64,000 nucleotides of DNA from Vicinamibacterales bacterium (GTDB lineage Bacteria; Acidobacteriota; Vicinamibacteria; Vicinamibacterales; JAMQPK01). The DNA lies in assembly GCA_963850295.1 (NCBI GenBank), contig CAWKKU010000013.1, positions 249,437 through 313,436 of the forward strand. The letters run 5' to 3'. The first letter of the stretch is position 1, and each line of letters opens with the position of its first letter. A program made the translations under genes and the position numbers. The notes under the pieces are model-generated. The model saw only the letters and a list, made by a program, of their open reading frames with translations. It was not told the DNA's origin and ran no database searches. Shown piece by piece: positions 58,047 through 64,000 of the stretch.

Positions 58047-58088
58047 TTTGCTCTCTGCTCTTTGCTCTCTGCTCTTTGCTCTCCGCTC
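58047..58088. repeat. Heptamer tandem array (TYTGCTC)x6 filling the rpiB-deoC intergenic gap
   Basis: tttgctc tctgctc tttgctc tctgctc tttgctc tccgctc. Positions 58051-58074 are identical (24/24) to 1443-1466 inside glcD. Confidence 0.92.
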
Positions 58089-58090
58089 TA

Positions 58091-58723
58091 TCAGTGTCCA
58101 CCTTCGAGCGCCCGTATCTTCGCGAGCCGCCGGATATATCTGGGCTCGGTCATCGGCGTATTCAGCCAGACGTTCATGACATCGAGCGCGTCTTTCGGCT
58201 GGATCAGCGTCGATCCCAGACTGAGCACGTTGGCGCCGTTGTGCTGCCGCGCGTACCGCGCCATCGTCGCATCATGGCATACCGCCGCGCGGACACCCGG
58301 AATCTTGTTGGCGGCAATAGCCGATCCTATCCCTGCTCCGTCGATGACGATGCCCGCATCCGCTTCGCCTCGCGCCACGCACTTCGCGATGCGTGCGGCG
58401 GTGTCGGGATAGTCGACGGGATCGGCCGTGAGCGTGCCGAGATCGTCCACGGCAATCCCTTTGGATCGGAGCGCCGCCGCGAGCGCTGCCTTCAGCGCCA
58501 GACCGGAATGATCGCTGCCAATCGCCACCCGCCGTATGTCGCTCACAGGAGCGAGCCCCTCGTCCCCGCGATCGAGCAGATCATCCCTGACCACCGTCAC
58601 GCGCCGTGCTTTCAGCGTGTCGGCTGCCAGCGGTGTGATGTGGCCGCCGTTCTGAAGCCCGACGGTTTCGCCGATCTCCAGCGTTCGCGCGTCGGCTTCC
58701 GTGATGATCTCGAACCTTTTCAT
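58091..58723 (-). CDS. rpiB: Ribose-5-phosphate isomerase B with a ~64-aa N-terminal extension
   Basis: The core is [15 protein letters not shown]...[17 protein letters not shown]...GANVLSLG. It is preceded by [50 protein letters not shown]... Confidence 0.85.
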   Translation of the reverse strand: MKRFEIITEADARTLEIGETVGLQNGGHITPLAADTLKARRVTVVRDDLLDRGDEGLAPVSDIRRVAIGSDHSGLALKAALAAALRSKGIAVDDLGTLTADPVDYPDTAARIAKCVARGEADAGIVIDGAGIGSAIAANKIPGVRAAVCHDATMARYARQHNGANVLSLGSTLIQPKDALDVMNVWLNTPMTEPRYIRRLAKIRALEGGH

Positions 58724-58741
58724 GTTATCTTTCGCGCCACC

Positions 58742-59254
58742 GTGACGACGCTATTCACTGCAGAGCAGATAAGTGCGCGCATCGCCGAAATCGCCGCTCG
58801 TATCAATGCGGACTATCCGCACCAGGAGCCGCTTCATTTTGTCGCCGTGCTGAAGGGCGCTTTCGTGTTTCTGTCCGATCTGGCCAGAGCGATCGCGCCG
58901 AGGCCGGTCACCCTCGACTTCATCGCCGTCTCCAGCTACGGAGCGGCGACGAAAAGCTCGGGCGAGGTCCGCCTTCTCAAAGATCTCGACGCGCCCCTCC
59001 AGGGGCGAGACGTCATTATCGTCGAGGACATCGTCGATACGGGCCTGACGCTCAGCTATCTCCAGGACGTCCTCCGCGCGCGCGACCCGCGGACGCTTCG
59101 CACGGCCTGCCTGTTGAGCAAGCCGAGCCGGCGCAAGGTCGACGTCGCCGTTGAATATATCGGATTCGAGATTGAGGACAAGTTCGTCGTCGGATACGGC
59201 CTGGATCACGCCGGCCAGTTTCGCCACCTTCCGTTCATCGGGATTCAGGAATAG
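58742..59254 (+). CDS. hpt: Hypoxanthine phosphoribosyltransferase
   Basis: GTG start chosen (V/M-TTLFTAEQISARIAEIAARIN..). PRPP-binding motif VIIVEDIVDTGLTL. It is the C-terminal part of track ORF 58076..59254, whose upstream part is antisense to rpiB. Confidence 0.88.
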   Translation: MTTLFTAEQISARIAEIAARINADYPHQEPLHFVAVLKGAFVFLSDLARAIAPRPVTLDFIAVSSYGAATKSSGEVRLLKDLDAPLQGRDVIIVEDIVDTGLTLSYLQDVLRARDPRTLRTACLLSKPSRRKVDVAVEYIGFEIEDKFVVGYGLDHAGQFRHLPFIGIQE

Positions 59255-60649
59255 TCACTTCCCCACCGCGGCACGGACGAGATCCGCAAATTTTCTTGCC
59301 TCCGCCAGCACCGCCGGCTCGTCGAGCGTCAGCATCTTCCGATCCCGCATCAACACGCGCCCGTTGACCATGACCGTCTGCACGTCATCGCCTCTCGCGG
59401 CGTAGACCAGGTGTGAGACAGGATCGTACAGAGGCGTGAGGCGGGCGTTCGCCGTGGAGACAATCGCCAGATCGGCGCGCTTTCCGCGTTCGAGCGAGCC
59501 AATCGCACCCTCGAGACCAAGCGCGCGCGCGCCGTTGATGGTCGCCATTTCCAGAGCCGTCGCCGCCGGGAGGGTTCGCGGGTCACCGGTTTTCACTTTG
59601 TGGAGCAGCGCCGCAAACCGCATGGCTTCGAACATGTCGAGATCGTTGTTGCTGGCTGCCCCGTCCGTCCCGAGTCCGACGGTGATCCCCTGCGCGAGGT
59701 ACTCAGGCACCGGCGCGATGCCGCTCGCGAGCTTCATGTTGCTCTCGGGGTTATGCGACACAGCGACGCCGTGACCGCGGAGGATCGCCATGTCGGCCGC
59801 ATCGACCCACACACCGTGATTGATCACCGTCCGGGGGCCGAAAAATGCGATCGACTGCAGGTACCTCACCGGACTCATGCCCGAGTGCGCCTTTTTCGAG
59901 CTGCCAAGCTCGCTTTCCGTTTCGGCGACGTGAATCAGGACGGGAACGCCGTATTTTGCAGCGAGCGCACGTGACGCCAGCAGGTCCCTGGCTTCGAGCG
60001 TATAGGGAGAGTGAGGAGCGACTGCCGGAACGATGAGGTCGTCTTTCCCGAATTCCTTGATGAACGCTTCGTTGCGGGCGAGACCTTCTGCCGGCGTCCT
60101 GGCGTCCGCTACCGGAAACTGAATGATCGTCTGGCCGAGCACTCCGCGCATGCCTGCGGCTTTCGTCGTGCGCGCGATCTCCTCTTCGAAGTAATACATG
60201 TCGGCGTACGCCGTGGTGCCCGACTGAATCATCTCGAGCGCAGCCAGCCGCGTTCCTGCCCGTACCATCTCGCGCGATACGGTTTTCGCTTCGGCCGGGA
60301 AGATGTACTTCTCCAGCCATTCCTGGAGCCGCAAGTCGTCGGCGAGACCGCGATAGAGCACCATCGGGGCGTGGGCGTGCGCGTTGATGAGGCCGGGAAT
60401 GACAATGGAGCCAACGGCGTCGATCTGCTGTGCTGCTTTGAAGCGGGAGGCGATATCCGCGGCGGGTCCAACGGCGACGATGGTGGTGCCGTCTACAGCG
60501 ACAGCTCCGGGGTTGTAGACGCGGCGCGCCGCATCGACGGTAACCACCATGCCGCCCGACACGATGGTGCTCACCTGCGTCGGAGCGCTTTGCGCGAGCG
60601 TCGTGGCAACCAGCGCAGCGGCAGTAACCAGCGTCAGCAGCGTCTTCAT
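59255..60649 (-). CDS. Amidohydrolase-family protein (MTA/SAH deaminase-like) with a signal peptide
   Basis: 464-aa ORF MKTLLTLVTAAALVATTLAQS, metal-binding GLINAHAHAPM, and later HVAE and HGV motifs typical of the amidohydrolase superfamily. Confidence 0.8.
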   Translation of the reverse strand: MKTLLTLVTAAALVATTLAQSAPTQVSTIVSGGMVVTVDAARRVYNPGAVAVDGTTIVAVGPAADIASRFKAAQQIDAVGSIVIPGLINAHAHAPMVLYRGLADDLRLQEWLEKYIFPAEAKTVSREMVRAGTRLAALEMIQSGTTAYADMYYFEEEIARTTKAAGMRGVLGQTIIQFPVADARTPAEGLARNEAFIKEFGKDDLIVPAVAPHSPYTLEARDLLASRALAAKYGVPVLIHVAETESELGSSKKAHSGMSPVRYLQSIAFFGPRTVINHGVWVDAADMAILRGHGVAVSHNPESNMKLASGIAPVPEYLAQGITVGLGTDGAASNNDLDMFEAMRFAALLHKVKTGDPRTLPAATALEMATINGARALGLEGAIGSLERGKRADLAIVSTANARLTPLYDPVSHLVYAARGDDVQTVMVNGRVLMRDRKMLTLDEPAVLAEARKFADLVRAAVGK

Positions 60650-60662
60650 GCGGTGATCTTAC

Positions 60663-60690
60663 TAATCCCCAATCCCAAACCCCTAATCAC
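60663..60690. repeat. Degenerate heptamer array (NAATCCC-like) x4 in a divergent intergenic region
   Basis: taatccc caatccc aaacccc taatcac, between the amidohydrolase start (60649) and the upp start (60724). Confidence 0.7.
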
Positions 60691-60723
60691 CGAGTGCGTC
60701 AGTCAGTGTTGTATAGTCCCCGC

Positions 60724-61348
60724 ATGTCCGTGCACATCGTGCCGCATCCGTTGATCCACGACGCGCTGAGTCAGTTGCGTGACGTCAATACCGACACAGA
60801 GCAGTTCCGCCAGATCGCCAACCGCATCAGCGTGCTGCTGATTGCCGAGGCGCTTCGCGATTTGCCAACGGAACGCGCGGTCGTGCAGACGCCGCTCGAA
60901 AAAGCCGAAGGCCGGCGGGTCGCGCGGGATGTCGTCGTCGTGCCGGTGCTGCGCGCGGGGCTGGGGATGCTCGACGCCGTGCTGGAGTTGCTGCCGGCAG
61001 CTCGCGTCGGCCACATCGGCCTTCAGCGGGACGAATCGACAGCGGTCGCGTCGCAGGTACTATGCGAAGCTGCCCGATAACCTGCCGTCGAGCTACGTCG
61101 TTCTGGTGGACCCGATGCTCGCAACCGGCGGCAGCGCGGTGGCCGCGCTCGATGTGCTCAAGAAGGCGGGCGCCAGCAACGTCCGGGTGGTGTGCATCGT
61201 TGCGGCTCCGGAAGGGATCGCGCTCATCGAGAAGCTGCATCCCGACGTCGAGATCTATACACCGGTCGTCGATCGGGAGCTGAATGCGCAGAAGTACATT
61301 TTGCCGGGGCTGGGCGACTTCGGCGATCGGTTGTATGGGACGTGTTGA
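60724..61348 (+). CDS. upp: Uracil phosphoribosyltransferase; one frameshift in this sequence
   Basis: MSVHIVPHPLIHDALSQLRDVNT... (frame 60694..61080), then ..YYAKLPDNL..VVLVDPMLATGGSA...ILPGLGDFGDR (frame 60842..61348). An extra g at gg 61056-61057 explains the shift. Confidence 0.88.
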
Positions 61349-61379
61349 ATTGAGATAAAATTGCGTTTTCCCGAAGGTT

Positions 61380-61454
61380 GGGCGCTTGGCTCAGCGGTAG
61401 AGCATCGCCTTCACACGGCGGGGGTCAGTGGTTCGAATCCACTAGCGCCCACCA
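61380..61454 (+). tRNA. tRNA-Val (anticodon CAC)
   Basis: GGGCGCTTGGCTCAGCGGTAGAGCATCGCCTTCACACGGCGGGGGTCAGTGGTTCGAATCCACTAGCGCCCACCA. Acceptor stem GGGCGCT/AGCGCCC, anticodon loop CTTCACA, T-arm GGTTCGAATCC and an encoded CCA. Confidence 0.93.
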
Positions 61455-61545
61455 GCTTTCGCTCACTTCTCACGCACTGAGCTTCAGCTAGGCAGGCATA
61501 CCAGCGAAAGCTGTCTCGCCGAAGCGTCGCAGACGCGAAGGCGGA

Positions 61546-62091
61546 CTACTTCTTCGCTTCCTCGAGCAGCGCGGTGAGAATCCGCGCATATTCGTCGTCC
61601 GCGGCGGTAAACGTCTTCTGATAGTCGGCATCCGACATCTTCTGCTTGTCGGGGTCGCCGTCGAACATCACGATCTTCCCGGCGTTGTTCCACGTGTCGT
61701 ACATATTCTCCTGCTTGCGCATCGACAACCCGGGGTCCGCCATGTCCTGCACGAAGATCTTCGTCGTCGGAGTGACGGTTCCGCTGAGCTCCATGTAGGT
61801 GTCGCGATATTGCTTGCCCTGCAGGCGGGGCTCCATCAGCTGAGGCGCGGGATACGTTCCCGAGATGACGAGCAACTGTACCTTCGGAAAATACAAGGCG
61901 GCGGCGTACTTGCCATCTCCAGTAGGCACCTTTGCGGCGATCGCGTCCAGTTTCTTGGCGTCCATGACCTGAATGAGCTCTTTCGCGACCGTGGCCGATT
62001 TCGACGCCGCCTGGGCAGAAGCGTTCGATGCCGCGCAAACAAGGGCAAACACGACCAATAAGACGGAATGGATCAACGCACGCGACATCAT
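61546..62091 (-). CDS. Hypothetical secreted protein
   Basis: Internal Met chosen: MMSRALIHSVLLVVFALVCAASNASAQ (signal peptide), then ..KYAAALYFPKVQLLVISGTYPAPQLM... No family recognised. The track ORF extends to 62175. Confidence 0.6.
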   Translation of the reverse strand: MMSRALIHSVLLVVFALVCAASNASAQAASKSATVAKELIQVMDAKKLDAIAAKVPTGDGKYAAALYFPKVQLLVISGTYPAPQLMEPRLQGKQYRDTYMELSGTVTPTTKIFVQDMADPGLSMRKQENMYDTWNNAGKIVMFDGDPDKQKMSDADYQKTFTAADDEYARILTALLEEAKK

Positions 62092-62197
62092 GGGGACCCC
62101 CTTCAAACCGGGCCGGCGTTTAGATTGTGCTAACGGATTACGCCGATTTCTATCACCGTTGAGGGACCGCGTCAATCAGGCCTGGGCATGAGGCGCG

Positions 62198-62626
62198 TCA
62201 GCCAATGAAGAGAGTGTCCTCTTCCTCGGTGCGGGGACCATTGGTGGCGGGACGGCGGGTCAGATCGCGAAAGACGTCGATTACAGCTTTGACGCCCGCC
62301 ATCAGGGCGGCGCCCTCCCGGAGAGGCTTCAGAATGGCGTCCTGGACGGTCGTGGCGGTTTGCTCCAGCCGGCCGGTCACGTCGCTCACAAGGCGGTCCA
62401 CGCGTTCCACCTGACCCGCGGCAAGCGAACTGATGCGCGCCGCGTCGCGGGCGATGGAGGTGAGGCTTTCGGTAATCGGCCTCATTTCCCGCTCCACTTG
62501 CGTCAGCCCGCGGTCAATCCGCCGGGCCACACCCAGCCCATAGACCACTATGGCGACCTGAATCGCCGCCATCGTCACGGTGGCCAGTGCGATGATTCCG
62601 AGGAACAGTTCCGCCCAGAAGGACAA
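62198..62626 (-). CDS. Membrane-anchored coiled-coil protein (DUF948-like)
   Basis: 142-aa ORF with N-terminal TM helix MSFWAELFLGIIALATVTMAAIQVAIVVYGL, followed by a helical region. The family assignment comes from the architecture only. Confidence 0.5.
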   Translation of the reverse strand: MSFWAELFLGIIALATVTMAAIQVAIVVYGLGVARRIDRGLTQVEREMRPITESLTSIARDAARISSLAAGQVERVDRLVSDVTGRLEQTATTVQDAILKPLREGAALMAGVKAVIDVFRDLTRRPATNGPRTEEEDTLFIG

Positions 62627-62653
62627 TCTGTCTCCTAACGCCTATTCGCGGCA

Positions 62654-62681
62654 CCTAAGCCCTTAGCCCAGCCCTCAGCCC
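62654..62681. repeat. Degenerate heptamer array (CCTWAGC)x2 (YCAGCCC)x2
   Basis: cctaagc ccttagc ccagccc tcagccc, between the mlaD-like stop (62701) and the downstream gene start (62626). Confidence 0.7.
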
Positions 62682-62700
62682 TCTTCCGAGGCGCAGCGCC

Positions 62701-63741
62701 TCAGAAGATGCTCATTCTCAGGTTCAGGTACTTCTTCGGATCTTTCCTGATGTCGGCCAGGAGCTGCTGCAATTCGGTAACGGTCCTATTCATATTCTCA
62801 TACAGCTGCTTGTCGTTCATCAGCTGACCCATCGTCCCTTCGCCCTTGTTGAGTTTGGCCGTCAGAAGCTCCAGATTGGTCGTCACGGCGTCGAGCCGCT
62901 TGTAGAGGGCATCGTTGGTCACCAGCTGACCGATCGTGCCCTGGCCCTTGTTGATCCGGGCCGACAGGGCCTCGAAGTTGGCGGTGACCGCGCTCAGATT
63001 TTTGGCCAGCGACGGATCGTTCATCAGCTGGCCAATCGTGCCCTCCCCTGAGTTGATCTTATTAGTGATGGCCGTCAGGTTCCTCATCGACGCTTCGAGC
63101 TGCCGCGCGCTTTCCGGGTTGTTCAGCAGTTGACCCAAGGTGCCTTTTCCCTGGGACAGCCCCTGCGTCACCTCGCGGGCGGCGGACGTGAACTGCCGCA
63201 GCTCCTGATACAGCTCTTCGTCGGTCACCAGCTTGCCGACGGTGCCTTTGCCGGCCCGGACGTCCTGAATGAGAGCGGTAAGCTCGGTGATCCCTTTGTT
63301 GGCCTGCGCCGTCACGTCCGCGAGCTGCGGCGGCGGCGGATCCGAGGGGATATATTCTCCCTCCGGAATCGGCTGACCGGTGGTGCTGGCGGTGATATCG
63401 ACCGCCCCTTCTCCCAGGAGCGACACCGACCCGATCGTGGCCCGCGACGAGGTGCGTACGCGCTCCTGATGGTCTTTATGCAGCTCGAGCAGCATTTCGA
63501 CGTCGGATCCGATGAACTGCAGCTCTGTCACCGCGCCAACCGTTACGCCCGCGAGCCGCACAGGCGAGCCCCTTTGCACCCCTCCCGCGTTCGAGAACTT
63601 GACCTTCAGGTTGTAACGCTGCCAGAAAAACCCGCCCTCGCCGCCGAGCGCCAGGATGAGCACTCCCGCGATCACAATCGCGACGACGGCCATGATGCCG
63701 ATTTTCAGTTCAGACCATTTCAGCGAACGCGTGCGAGGCAT
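62701..63741 (-). CDS. mlaD: MCE/MlaD-family protein with five tandem GxGT(V/L/I/M)GxL-containing repeats
   Basis: 346-aa ORF with N-terminal TM helix IGIMAVVAIVIAGVLILAL and an MCE domain (VKFSNAGGVQRGSPVRLAGVTVGAVTEL). The repeats are GKGTVGKLV, GKGTLGQLL, GEGTIGQLM, GQGTIGQLV and GEGTMGQLM. Confidence 0.85.
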   Translation of the reverse strand: MPRTRSLKWSELKIGIMAVVAIVIAGVLILALGGEGGFFWQRYNLKVKFSNAGGVQRGSPVRLAGVTVGAVTELQFIGSDVEMLLELHKDHQERVRTSSRATIGSVSLLGEGAVDITASTTGQPIPEGEYIPSDPPPPQLADVTAQANKGITELTALIQDVRAGKGTVGKLVTDEELYQELRQFTSAAREVTQGLSQGKGTLGQLLNNPESARQLEASMRNLTAITNKINSGEGTIGQLMNDPSLAKNLSAVTANFEALSARINKGQGTIGQLVTNDALYKRLDAVTTNLELLTAKLNKGEGTMGQLMNDKQLYENMNRTVTELQQLLADIRKDPKKYLNLRMSIF

Positions 63742-63755
63742 GGTGATTCCTTACC

Positions 63756-64000
63756 TTATGACAGAAATGCCTGAATGTAGGGATCCTTCGACTCGCGCAA
63801 CTCGTCGGCAGTCCCCTCGAAAATGATGATGCCGCCCTTCAGCATCATGAACTCTGCCTCTTCCAACTTCGCCGGTCCCGCGTCCTCGAACTCGACGTTG
63901 TCACCACGGCGCACGGCTTCCTGGGTGGCGACAAAGAACGCATCTCGCAGCTGGTGCGTCACCAGAATCGAGGTGACCTCTTCGAAGTCGCGCAGCTTGA
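63756..64000 (-). CDS. ABC transporter ATP-binding protein (MlaF-like), C-terminal part; gene continues beyond the window end
   Basis: Minus-strand translation reads ..KLRDFEEVTSILVTHQLRDAFFVA... (H-loop), ending ..IIIFEGTADELRESKDPYIQAFLS. The stop lies 14 nt upstream of the MCE gene start. Confidence 0.8.
   Translation of the reverse strand, partial: KLRDFEEVTSILVTHQLRDAFFVATQEAVRRGDNVEFEDAGPAKLEEAEFMMLKGGIIIFEGTADELRESKDPYIQAFLS

Noticed and set aside
61454-61515. An 11-bp stem (cagctttcgct ... agcgaaagctg) starting at the CCA end of tRNA-Val, considered as an integration scar or terminator.
   Set aside because: The loop is large (~38 nt), there is no U run, no repeat of the tRNA 3' end and no mobile genes nearby. 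The evidence is insufficient for either call.

Overview
This is a high-G+C bacterial chromosomal segment (roughly two thirds G+C by eye, not computed). It carries about 70 mostly housekeeping genes on both strands and two tRNAs, Gly-CCC and Val-CAC. I saw no rRNA, CRISPR array, transposase, integrase or phage genes. The gene content (RNase J, an S55 SpoIVB-like peptidase, a PASTA protein, DUF3467 next to lexA, TPR and propeller proteins) suggests an Acidobacteriota-like organism, but that is inference only. The main points follow. (1) A translationally coupled aromatic amino-acid supraoperon of about 10.7 kb sits on the minus strand: aroD/E fusion, trpEGDCFBA, chorismate mutase, DAHP synthase, tyrA and a JAMM protein. 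It is preceded by a candidate leader peptide containing FGFGWWYY, a very strong intrinsic terminator and a competing antiterminator pairing. (2) Several families of short tandem arrays with a 7-8 nt period (AATCTAR rich in CTAG, TYTGCTC, AGAACGW, AATCTCCC and others) lie exactly at gene boundaries. Some supply the last codons and stop codons of genes. One pair brackets a four-helix-bundle (23S rRNA IVS protein family) gene as inverted repeats. (3) A GTCCGGCT..AGCCGGAC REP-like palindrome recurs at gene ends. (4) An rpiB-deoC pair carries unusual N-terminal extensions that recall microcompartment cargo. (5) At least 12 conserved genes are broken by single-base frameshifts, most simply explained as indel errors in the sequence rather than true pseudogenes. 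Most other long ORFs in the six-frame track are antisense shadow ORFs typical of GC-rich DNA.
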